DNA from: a virus
Lineage: Duplodnaviria; Heunggongvirae; Uroviricota; Caudoviricetes
Strand: one strand, 5' to 3'
DNA: 40,062 bases
IMG/VR virus record: IMGVR_UViG_2671180458_000005
A model generated the notes under the pieces. That model ran no database searches. It saw nothing but the letters and a program-made list of their open reading frames with translations, and was not told the DNA's origin. Shown here piece after piece: positions 28,434 through 36,356 of this stretch; within the stretch, counting starts at the first letter, position 1, and the number at the start of each line of letters is the position of its first letter. Position numbers and translations under genes: made by a program.

Positions 28434-29471
28434 ATGGCTAATGCCTGGCTCAGATTGTGGCATGACATGCCAAATGACCCCAAGTGGCGAACGATTGCCA
28501 GGGTATCAGGACAGCCAATCGCAACAGTGATGGCAGTGTATATCCATCTTCTGGTGAGCGCGTCACGAAATGTCACGACATGTCACGGCGTGTCACTACG
28601 TGGTCACATTGATGTCACGACGGAAGATTTAGCAAGTGCGCTTGATGTGACGGAAGACGTAATTGATTCAATTTTGCATGCAATGCAGGGGCGGGTTCTG
28701 GATGGTGACCTTATTTCCGGATGGGAAAAACGTCAGGTGCTGAAAGAGGACAATGGTAACGTTTCGCAAACGGCAAAATCCCCGGCAGAGCGCAAGAGAG
28801 CGCAGCGGGAGCGCGAAAAGCTGCGGAAATATGATGCTGATTGTCACGATGAGTCACGACGTGTCACGCATCTGTCACGACAAGTCACGACAGATAAAGA
28901 TACAGATACAGAATTAAACCCCACACATAACGCGCGCATGCGCGAGAGTGCTCCAACCGGTGAGTCGAATGGTGCGTCGTTGCAGACAGCCGAACCTGAA
29001 TTCCTGGACGGCCTGAGCGAACCGATCGGGAAATTTTCGATGACCACTGTCTGGCAGCCGTCGCCGGATTTTCGACAACGGGCAGCAGTGTGGGGTATGG
29101 CTCTGCCTGAGCCGGAATTTACACCTGCTGAGCTTGCCGCATTCCGGGATTACTGGATGGCGGAGGGGAAGGTTTTCACGCAGGTTCAGTGGGAGCAGAA
29201 ATTTGCCCGCCACGTGCAGCACGTCAGGGCACAGGTAAAACCAGTCAGCAAGGGGGTAAGCCATGCAGCATCAGGTGGCACGGCATCACGGGCAGTTCAG
29301 AAAATCCGGGCAGCACGAGAACAGTGGGAACGTGAAAACGGATTTATCAGCAACGGAAACGGCCTGGAAGCTGTGGGAACTTATGGGGGAGGTGTATTCG
29401 AACCGATGGACCCAGAAGAACGGGGCTGCGCCGTCGAAACTCTGGATTGCTCAGATTGGCGCGATGACTGA
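28434..29471 (+). CDS. Replication initiation protein (lambda O functional analogue, YdaU/DnaT-domain-like) containing origin iterons
   Basis: RBS GAGGTG then ATG 28434; two internal clusters of GTCAC(G) repeats at ~10-bp spacing; followed by P-like gene. Confidence 0.65.
   Translation: MANAWLRLWHDMPNDPKWRTIARVSGQPIATVMAVYIHLLVSASRNVTTCHGVSLRGHIDVTTEDLASALDVTEDVIDSILHAMQGRVLDGDLISGWEKRQVLKEDNGNVSQTAKSPAERKRAQREREKLRKYDADCHDESRRVTHLSRQVTTDKDTDTELNPTHNARMRESAPTGESNGASLQTAEPEFLDGLSEPIGKFSMTTVWQPSPDFRQRAAVWGMALPEPEFTPAELAAFRDYWMAEGKVFTQVQWEQKFARHVQHVRAQVKPVSKGVSHAASGGTASRAVQKIRAAREQWERENGFISNGNGLEAVGTYGGGVFEPMDPEERGCAVETLDCSDWRDD
28562..28889 (+). repeat. Putative replication origin: 11 GTCAC(G) iterons in two clusters (28562..28619 and 28843..28889)
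   Basis: Six repeats at spacing 10,10,10,11,11 and five at 10,10,11,10, helically phased, inside the O-like ORF. Confidence 0.65.
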
Positions 29472-29925
29472 ACAGCAAATCCGGCAGGTCTGCCGTCAGT
29501 GCATGGACCGCTGCCGGGCGGGTGAAACGTGGCCCCCGGACCTGGCTGAGTTTGTTGCGCTGATTTCGGAGAGTGAGGCAAATCCATTTGGTCTTACGGT
29601 GGATGCCGTGATGGAAGAGTACCGGCGCTGGCGCAATGAATCCTGGCGATACGACGGGAGTGATAAATACCCGTGGCCACAGCCTGTGCTGTACCACATC
29701 TGCCTCGAAATGCGTACCAGAGGGATTGAGCGCCAGATGACGCAGGGTGAGTTAAAACGACTTGCGGAACGGCAACTGACGAAATGGGCAAAGCATGTTG
29801 GTAACGGGATGAGTATTCCGCCGATCCGGAGGCAACTCGCATCGCCGAAGCGCCCGCAAGGGCCAACGCCAATTGAATTACTGAAACAGGAATACGAGCG
29901 CCGGAAGGCGGCTGGTTTTGTTTGA
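29263..29925 (+). CDS. Replication protein P-like (helicase loader)
   Basis: C-terminal two-thirds align by eye with lambda P (recalled). Overlaps O-like ORF by about 200 nt in another frame, so the start is uncertain. Confidence 0.6.
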   Translation: MQHQVARHHGQFRKSGQHENSGNVKTDLSATETAWKLWELMGEVYSNRWTQKNGAAPSKLWIAQIGAMTEQQIRQVCRQCMDRCRAGETWPPDLAEFVALISESEANPFGLTVDAVMEEYRRWRNESWRYDGSDKYPWPQPVLYHICLEMRTRGIERQMTQGELKRLAERQLTKWAKHVGNGMSIPPIRRQLASPKRPQGPTPIELLKQEYERRKAAGFV

Positions 29926-29958
29926 ATTTGAGAAATGATTTTGTCGGAGGACGTTTTA

Positions 29959-30633
29959 ATGGAAACCGTTTTTGACGCACTGCAAGCAATGGGAAAAGCC
30001 ACATCCATAGAACTTGCTGCGCGACTTGGTATCAGTCGTGAAGAAGTGCTGAACGAGTTGTGGGAACTGAAAAGAAATGGCGTCGTTGATAAAACGGGTC
30101 ACACCTGGTTTCTGGCTGGTAAAGGTGAATCCGGGGTAACCGAAGAGCAGCCAGCACAATCTGAAGTACCGGATGTGCTGACCGGGGAGGTCGAACAAAA
30201 AGTTACCGCGGACATGATGATTGAGTTTATCTGTCAGGATGGGGCTAAAACGTGTGAGGAACTGGCGGATAAGTTCGGTGTTAGCATTCGCAAGGTTGCT
30301 TCCACGTTGGCGGTCGTAACAGCAACGGGGCGCCTGGCACGCGTAAATCAGAACGGTAAATTTCGTTACTGCATACCGGGCGCTGATTTACCGGCAGAGC
30401 CGGAAGCTGCATCCGTAGCGGAAACCGATGGTAAAGCCTTTCCTCAGCCAGCAGGTGTTGCGTTACCAGTTCGGGAAGCGGAAACACAGGAAGAAATAAA
30501 AACGGAAAGTGTGGCGGTCACAGTGCAGTCACAGCCGTCGTTCACCAGAAAGCATCCGGATGGTCTGATTTTACCATCGCTGCATGTGGCTAACCGCGAG
30601 CTGCGCCGGGCAAAAGGTCAGGTTCAGAAGTGA
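29959..30633 (+). CDS. Hypothetical protein with winged-helix-like segments (DUF1627-like)
   Basis: Start ATG 29959 behind GGAGG; family assignment from memory only. Confidence 0.45.
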   Translation: METVFDALQAMGKATSIELAARLGISREEVLNELWELKRNGVVDKTGHTWFLAGKGESGVTEEQPAQSEVPDVLTGEVEQKVTADMMIEFICQDGAKTCEELADKFGVSIRKVASTLAVVTATGRLARVNQNGKFRYCIPGADLPAEPEAASVAETDGKAFPQPAGVALPVREAETQEEIKTESVAVTVQSQPSFTRKHPDGLILPSLHVANRELRRAKGQVQK

Positions 30634-31034
30634 GAGCGAGTCTGCGCCGCGCTACGGGAGCTGAACAAGTGCCGGGATATTCTCCGGGATATTACCGCCA
30701 CCAGAGAACAGCAGCGGTGAGTGGCTGGAAGACGTGGTGCCGGGCTGAAATCCTGATACTCCGCCAGTGTGTGGGAACTATGAAGGTGAAAAGCATTGGC
30801 GCACTTATCGGACGAACTGAAGCGGCAGTGAGAACGAAGGCACTGGAGCTGGGCATCAGTATGATGTTACGTGGTGATTTTCACCCGTCGGCAAAATATT
30901 CACAGCGTGATATTGAGCTGGCGCGGCAACTGCATCAGCGCGGTGTACCCCGACGGGAAATTGCCGAAAAGTTCGGAATGAAGTTGCGTGCAGTGAATAA
31001 CTACGTTTATTTCGACAGGAGGATTCAGGCGTGA
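30630..31034 (+). CDS. Hypothetical protein with C-terminal HTH-like segment
   Basis: GTG start overlapping previous stop; alternative start ATG 30780; C-terminal [18 protein letters not shown] looks HTH-like. Confidence 0.4.
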   Translation: MRASLRRATGAEQVPGYSPGYYRHQRTAAVSGWKTWCRAEILILRQCVGTMKVKSIGALIGRTEAAVRTKALELGISMMLRGDFHPSAKYSQRDIELARQLHQRGVPRREIAEKFGMKLRAVNNYVYFDRRIQA

Positions 31035-31336
31035 GGGTGAGAATTTATATCGCCGGTCCGATGACGGGATATGAAAATTTCAACCGCGAGGCGTTTCACA
31101 GGGCGGAAGAAGCGCTGAAACGGGAAGGGCATACCGTTTTAAACCCGGCAGTACTTCCGGACGGGCTGACTCAGCCACATTACATGGATATTTGCATGGC
31201 AATGATTCGTTGTGTGGATGCAATTTACATGCTGAAAGGCTGGCAGCGGTCGGCAGGCGCTAAGGCAGAACTGGCACTGGCAGAGAAACTGGGACATGCG
31301 GTGATTTTCCAGGAGGCAACCAGTGAGCGAAATTAA
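31031..31336 (+). CDS. Nucleoside 2-deoxyribosyltransferase-like protein (DUF4406-like)
   Basis: 101 aa; GTG start behind AGGAGG; N-terminal RIYIAGPMTG...F motif characteristic of the deoxyribosyltransferase-like fold. Confidence 0.6.
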   Translation: MRVRIYIAGPMTGYENFNREAFHRAEEALKREGHTVLNPAVLPDGLTQPHYMDICMAMIRCVDAIYMLKGWQRSAGAKAELALAEKLGHAVIFQEATSERN

Positions 31337-31483
31337 TTACCAGGAACTACGGCAGGTGAAAGAGAAAGCATAATCCAGAACTGAATAATTAAAATCAGCA
31401 CTGTAAATAAAATTTAATCCTTAACCGGAGGGATTTCTGCACCCTCAGAACATCAGGAGACCGCCCGGCAGGGCGGTAGTGAA

Positions 31484-31666
31484 ATGCGAAAGTTCAAAAT
31501 AATTATTGAAACGGGAATAGCCGGTGGAGATTTTGAGGATGTATTCGAAGTGGACGATGACGCAACACCTGATGAAATTCATGACGAAGCAAAAGAAATT
31601 TTCTTTAACTACTGCAATTACTCATATCACGAAATAAAAGACGAAGAGGAAGAACAAAATGGCTGA
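31484..31666 (+). CDS. Small highly acidic protein (hypothetical)
   Basis: 60 aa, about one third Asp/Glu; stop overlaps start of next small ORF (ATGGCTGA). Confidence 0.5.
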   Translation: MRKFKIIIETGIAGGDFEDVFEVDDDATPDEIHDEAKEIFFNYCNYSYHEIKDEEEEQNG

Positions 31667-31835
31667 TTTTGGTTCAACTAAATACAACGTCAGTTTTGAA
31701 GAATGGCATGAACTGTTAATGGACTATGCAGAGTTACGTGGTGGCAGTGCTGCTGATGCTGAAGCATGGCGTGATGATTATGAAGCAGGAAAAACTCCGG
31801 TCGAAGCATATTGTGATGAGTGGGGCGATGAATGA
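31659..31835 (+). CDS. Small acidic protein (hypothetical)
   Basis: 58 aa MADFGSTKYNVSFEEWHELLMDYAELRGGSAADAEAWRDDYEAGKTPVEAYCDEWGDE; overlaps both neighbours by 4-8 nt; not in ORF track. Confidence 0.5.
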   Translation: MADFGSTKYNVSFEEWHELLMDYAELRGGSAADAEAWRDDYEAGKTPVEAYCDEWGDE

Positions 31836-32347
31836 GCGAGATTAATTATCAGGAAGGGCATGAAACGGCAGGGCAGGCAAAACCAGTTGCATGGCGATAT
31901 CGCTACGTGAAAAAAGACGTTACAGACTTTCAGGGGAAGCCGTGGGCTGGTGACTGGAAATATGTACCGACAAAAGAGGATTGTAACGACAGGCCGAACT
32001 ATGAAATTCAGGCCTTATTCATCGGCCCGCCAGTCCCGGTGACATCAGAAGGACTGGTTAAAGCTGTGCGCTTTTATGAACAGGTAAAGCGTGAGAATCC
32101 GCCAGTCGAAACAGGAGCATGGAAGGATGCTGTTGACTGGGTGCTCAGAGAGGCCTGCTGTGCTGCCATTCTGGGTAAAGCCGACAATCCACCAGCATCC
32201 GGCAATCAGGTTAGCGAATTAGCAATGTGGGTTAAACGGCTGGTCAGCCAACTGAAAAAAGCGAAGCCGGACTGCAAATTACCGGATAAGGCGATGGACT
32301 ACCTGAAGCGAAACGGACTGATAAACGAGGAGGATATTTTACGATGA
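31832..32347 (+). CDS. Hypothetical protein
   Basis: 171 aa; ATGA overlap with upstream ORF; a truncated copy of its first codons lies at 31323..31372. Confidence 0.55.
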   Translation: MSEINYQEGHETAGQAKPVAWRYRYVKKDVTDFQGKPWAGDWKYVPTKEDCNDRPNYEIQALFIGPPVPVTSEGLVKAVRFYEQVKRENPPVETGAWKDAVDWVLREACCAAILGKADNPPASGNQVSELAMWVKRLVSQLKKAKPDCKLPDKAMDYLKRNGLINEEDILR

Positions 32348-32427
32348 CCTGGCCTGAAGCGTTCATAACGGTAGGAATTGCAATGGCGGTGGCGCTGGTG
32401 GTGTATTCGATTTGCCGCTGGGGATAA
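32344..32427 (+). CDS. Putative 27-aa hydrophobic membrane peptide
   Basis: MTWPEAFITVGIAMAVALVVYSICRWG; ATGA overlap with upstream gene; followed by hairpin. Confidence 0.3.
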   Translation: MTWPEAFITVGIAMAVALVVYSICRWG

Positions 32428-32439
32428 ATTGCCGAAAAA

Positions 32440-32476
32440 AGATCCCGCCACAAACATGAGCCGGGATCTTTGATTT
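32440..32476 (+). terminator. Possible intrinsic terminator
   Basis: AGATCCCG...CGGGATCT stem with 14-nt loop followed by T-rich tract. Confidence 0.4.
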
Positions 32477-32549
32477 ATATAGCCTACGAATCCGCAGTAA
32501 GAGAGGGGCAGACGGTTTATTCTAACACCGGAATGATGTGGGTAAAAGT

Positions 32550-32849
32550 TTATAAGAAATCGGTTTCATAACTTTGCCCACCATGATAGATACCGACAAT
32601 AAAGACTTTTCTGCCATCAACGGCAAAAGCAATAATCGTTCTGTGGCGGAAATGAGTTACCCGCATCCCCTGGCGAATATCATCGCGTTTATTGCCCCGA
32701 TGCGGGAATGTAGAAAACCCATCAAGATAATCAAGAAGCGCATTGGCATAATTGTCAGCAATGACGTTCCCTGCTTTCTCCGTTATATATCTGTGCAGGT
32801 TGATTATTTGTTGTTCGGCCTCAGGAGTAATGATGACTTCATATGTCAT
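32550..32849 (-). CDS. parE: ParE-family type II toxin
   Basis: 99 aa; immediately downstream of ParD-like gene on same strand. Confidence 0.7.
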   Translation of the reverse strand: MTYEVIITPEAEQQIINLHRYITEKAGNVIADNYANALLDYLDGFSTFPHRGNKRDDIRQGMRVTHFRHRTIIAFAVDGRKVFIVGIYHGGQSYETDFL

Positions 32850-32854
32850 GCAGA

Positions 32855-33112
32855 TTACTTCCCGGATCGAATCGCGGCGCGAACCTGTGAAATGGAGCGT
32901 CCGTTGTTTGGGTTTTCGCGGATAGAATCAAGAGAGGGGGCGGCTGAATGCGTTAACCACGCTTCGATTGCTTTATCGCGCTCATTCAGTGCGCGAAGCC
33001 CTTCACGAATGACCTCGCTTTCTGAAGCATAGGCACCGGAAGCCACACGGGCGCGCACCATGTCAGCCATCTCGTTAGTTAATGTAATGCTGAATTGTTG
33101 GGTTGTACGCAT
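32855..33112 (-). CDS. parD: ParD-family (RHH) antitoxin
   Basis: Start at ATG 33112 (MRTTQQFSITLTNEMADMVRARV...), GAGG upstream. Confidence 0.65.
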   Translation of the reverse strand: MRTTQQFSITLTNEMADMVRARVASGAYASESEVIREGLRALNERDKAIEAWLTHSAAPSLDSIRENPNNGRSISQVRAAIRSGK

Positions 33113-33247
33113 GGTAAACCTCACGGAGTAGGATAGAACACTATTCGATGATAGCACGCTGCCTGTTGACGACAACAGAAATCAGAGACAATATTGCCGC
33201 ACGCCAGCCTGAACAACTGGCACCTGCTGCGCCAGCAGAGACAACCG

Positions 33248-33526
33248 ATGGCGCAAGATACCAAATTACACAATTCGGATAACTCCGCCGCCCCTGCCAG
33301 CAGGCACGGGCGGCGTTCTCATGCATTCAAATCTGACTGGTTCCAGCATGACCCATGCACTGAAGAACAGGCCGAATGGCTGATCCAGTGCTACCGCAGA
33401 CGTGGTTACGAGTTTCAGAAAGATCTCAGCTTCGATCGTCGTCACTGGATAATCTCCGTCAGGCTCCCTTATTCCGAACGCCCACCGCGTCCGTCCCGCA
33501 CATTCCAGCAGCGTATCTGGAGGTAA
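33248..33526 (+). CDS. Hypothetical protein
   Basis: ORF ends 1 nt before the GTG start of the next gene; start uncertain (TTG 33194 or ATG 33248). Confidence 0.35.
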   Translation: MAQDTKLHNSDNSAAPASRHGRRSHAFKSDWFQHDPCTEEQAEWLIQCYRRRGYEFQKDLSFDRRHWIISVRLPYSERPPRPSRTFQQRIWR

Positions 33527-33527
33527 C

Positions 33528-34577
33528 GTGCGGGTATTACTTCGACCTGTTCTGGTACCGGAACTCGGGATGGTGCTCCTTAAGCCGGGCCGTGAATCAA
33601 TGTCAGCATTCCATAACGGCAGAATATTGGTGGAGCCGGAACCGAAAAACATGCGCGGTCTGCCGTCCGGAGTCGTTCCTGCCGTTCGCCAGCCGCTGGC
33701 AGAGGATAAAACATTACTGCCATTTTTCAGCGATGAGCGGGTTATTCGTGCAGCAGGTGGTGCAGGTGCACTGTCTGACTGGTTATTACGTCACGTGAAA
33801 TCCTGCCAGTGGCCACACGGCGATTATCATCACAGCGAAACCGTCATTCACCGTTACGGTACCGGCGCGATGGTGTTGTGCTGGCACTGTGACAACCAGC
33901 TGCGCGACCAGACATCAGAATCACTCGATCAACTTGCTCAGCAGAATCTGGCAGTCTGGATGATTGATGTTATACGTCACGCAATAAGCGGTACGCAGGA
34001 GAGGGAGTTATCGCTGGCCGAATTATCCTGGTGGGCGGCCTGCAATCAGGTGGTGGATGCACTACCTGAGGCAGTAGCGCGTCGTTCGCTGGGATTACCG
34101 GTGGAAAAAATCCGCTCCGTATACCGTGAGAGTGACATCGTACCGGGAGAACAGACAGCCATCAGCATACTGAAGCAGCGCACAAAAAATATTGCGCTGC
34201 CACTTCACGTCCACCAGCAACAAAATCCACCACAGAAAAAAACGGTTGTCAGTATCGCCGTTGATCCGGAGTCTCCTGAATCGTTTATGAAGCGGCCTAA
34301 ACATCGCCGTTGGGTTAATGAGAAATACACGCGCTGGGTAAAGACACAGCCGTGTGCGTGTTGTGGTAAGCCAGCTGACGATCCGCATCACCTGATTGGT
34401 CATGGTCAGGGGGGAATGGGAACAAAAGCCCACGATATTTTCACGCTACCGCTGTGTCGGGAGCATCATAACGAGCTTCATGCGGATCCGCTGGCGTTCG
34501 AAGAAAAGCATGGTTCTCAGGTTGATTTAATTTTTCGTTTTCTTGATCACGCCTTTGCAACCGGTGTGCTTGGGTAA
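33528..34577 (+). CDS. YdfU-like protein with C-terminal Cys/His HNH-like motif (DUF968-like)
   Basis: 349 aa; GTG start behind GGAGG; C-terminal CACCGKPADDPHHLIGHGQGG...LCREHHNELHADP. Confidence 0.55.
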   Translation: MRVLLRPVLVPELGMVLLKPGRESMSAFHNGRILVEPEPKNMRGLPSGVVPAVRQPLAEDKTLLPFFSDERVIRAAGGAGALSDWLLRHVKSCQWPHGDYHHSETVIHRYGTGAMVLCWHCDNQLRDQTSESLDQLAQQNLAVWMIDVIRHAISGTQERELSLAELSWWAACNQVVDALPEAVARRSLGLPVEKIRSVYRESDIVPGEQTAISILKQRTKNIALPLHVHQQQNPPQKKTVVSIAVDPESPESFMKRPKHRRWVNEKYTRWVKTQPCACCGKPADDPHHLIGHGQGGMGTKAHDIFTLPLCREHHNELHADPLAFEEKHGSQVDLIFRFLDHAFATGVLG

Positions 34578-34590
34578 AAGGGGGGTATTG

Positions 34591-34965
34591 ATGTGTATAG
34601 AGTTTGTTTTGCCTTACCCGCCGACGGTGAATACTTACTGGCGACGTCGTGGCAGCACATATTTTGTATCAAAAGCCGGGGAGCGTTATCGCCGGGCAGT
34701 GGCGTTTATTGTTCGCCAGCAGCGACTGAAATTAAGCCTGTCCGGACGGCTGGCAATAAAAATTATTGCAGAGCCACCGGATAAGCGTCGTCGTGACCTG
34801 GACAACATTCTGAAAGCACCGCTGGATGCGCTGACGCATGCGGGACTGCTTATCGACGATGAACAGTTTGATGAAATCAATATTGTACGTGGTCAGCCAG
34901 TATCTGGTGGACGTCTGGGGGTGAAGATTTACCCCATAATGCTTGAAGGGCAGGTCAAAAAATGA
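34591..34965 (+). CDS. rusA: Holliday junction resolvase RusA
   Basis: LPYPPTVNTYWRRRG and DKRRRDLDNILKAPLDALTHAGLLIDDEQ motifs; start ATG 34591 behind AAAAGGGGGG. Confidence 0.8.
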   Translation: MCIEFVLPYPPTVNTYWRRRGSTYFVSKAGERYRRAVAFIVRQQRLKLSLSGRLAIKIIAEPPDKRRRDLDNILKAPLDALTHAGLLIDDEQFDEINIVRGQPVSGGRLGVKIYPIMLEGQVKK

Positions 34966-35783
34966 AACTGGAAGATTTACCGAAATACTACTCCCCAAAA
35001 TCCCCCGGCCTGACTGATGCATCGGCCTCAACGTCAAAAGATGCGCTGAGTATCACTGATGTGATGGCCGCGCAGGGCATGACACAGAATCGGGCTGAGA
35101 TGGGGTTTTCTGCGTTCCTTGGGAAAATGGGCATTAGTATGAATGACAGAGAGCGGGCAACAGAATTGCTGACAGAATATGCACTCAGTCGGTGTGATCG
35201 CGTGGCGGCGTTAAGAAAACTCCCGGCAGAAATAAAACCGGCAGTGATGCGTATTATGGCTTCGTATGCGTTTGAAGATTATGCCCGTAGCGCGGCGAGC
35301 AAAAAACAGTGCCCCTGCTGTCACGGAAAAAAATTTATTGAAAGCGAGGTTTTTACAAACAAGATCCAGTATCCGGATGGTAAGCCGCCAGTGTGGGCAA
35401 AGTGCACAAAAGGCGTGTATCCGTCTTACTGGGAGGAATGGAAAAAAGTCAGGGAGGTGGTAAAAGTTGCCTGTCCGGAGTGTGGCGGAAAGGGGGAGGT
35501 TTCCACCGCCTGTAAAGATTGTCGTGGGCGCGGTGTTGCCATTCATCGTGAAGAGTCGGAAAAACAGGGTGTGCCGGTTTTCAGAAACTGCCAGCGTTGT
35601 GGTGGGCGTGGCTATGAAAGATTACCTTCAACGGAGGCATTTAATGCCATATGTAATGTAACCGATGCCATATCTCTTGATACATGGAAAAAAACAGTTA
35701 AACGTTTTTACGATACGCTGGTGGTGCAGTTTGATATTGAAGAAGCATGGGCAGAACAACAACTGAAAAAGGTGACCAGATAG
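34962..35783 (+). CDS. Late-gene antitermination protein Q (multi-zinc-finger type)
   Basis: 273 aa with several CxxC pairs; ATGA overlap with rusA; followed by late promoter-like region and terminator. Confidence 0.65.
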   Translation: MKLEDLPKYYSPKSPGLTDASASTSKDALSITDVMAAQGMTQNRAEMGFSAFLGKMGISMNDRERATELLTEYALSRCDRVAALRKLPAEIKPAVMRIMASYAFEDYARSAASKKQCPCCHGKKFIESEVFTNKIQYPDGKPPVWAKCTKGVYPSYWEEWKKVREVVKVACPECGGKGEVSTACKDCRGRGVAIHREESEKQGVPVFRNCQRCGGRGYERLPSTEAFNAICNVTDAISLDTWKKTVKRFYDTLVVQFDIEEAWAEQQLKKVTR

Positions 35784-35863
35784 CTTTGTTGATTTTTCCC
35801 GAATCTGTGGTAAATTTGCCCTAACGATGGGCGTTTTATGCCTGACGTTAGAAGATTTTTACA

Positions 35864-35886
35864 CCCGTCGCCAGGCGGGTTTTTTT
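35864..35886 (+). terminator. Rho-independent terminator downstream of Q (tR-prime analogue)
   Basis: CCCGTC-GCCA-GGCGGG followed by TTTTTTT about 80 nt after Q stop. Confidence 0.6.
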
Positions 35887-36008
35887 ATGACTGAAATCAC
35901 GCCAGTACAGTAAACGCGCTGGTGGCGGTGAATACCGGTCTTTCAGCTTGCTGGCTTTTTTGACAAGAGTTATTGGTGTGTCACGTTAACCGGAAAAGGG
36001 AAAAAGAC

Positions 36009-36206
36009 ATGCTGATACAGCAGGATATGACCGAAACCGCCAGAGTGGTGTTTAATGAATTAAGCGTCACCGAACCGGCGACAGTCGGGGAGATTGCGCA
36101 GAATACTTACCTTTCACGCGAACGCTGCCAGTTAATACTGACCCAGCTTGTTATGGCGGGTCTGGCAGACTATCAGTTCGGTTGTTACAGACGCCTTCAG
36201 TCATGA
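36009..36206 (+). CDS. Small winged-helix DNA-binding protein (hypothetical)
   Basis: 65 aa from ATG 36009; segment VGEIAQNTYLSRERCQLILTQLVMAGLADY looks wHTH-like. Confidence 0.4.
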   Translation: MLIQQDMTETARVVFNELSVTEPATVGEIAQNTYLSRERCQLILTQLVMAGLADYQFGCYRRLQS

Positions 36207-36356
36207 AGGCTTTTTTATTTGTGGTAAATGGGCGGCTGGTGGGTGTTAGGGGCACTCACCAGCCATCTGCTCATGCGTCTGGATCACAAGCAAACCTCAG
36301 GCCCACTGCTTTGCGCAAAAGCAGAATGAGCCTATCAGAGACAGGCTTAATGATCC

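Noticed and set aside
35931-35970. Second hairpin after the Q-distal terminator (CAGCTTGCTGGC plus T-run)
   Set aside because: Stem is only about 4 bp with a 2-3 nt loop; too weak to call.
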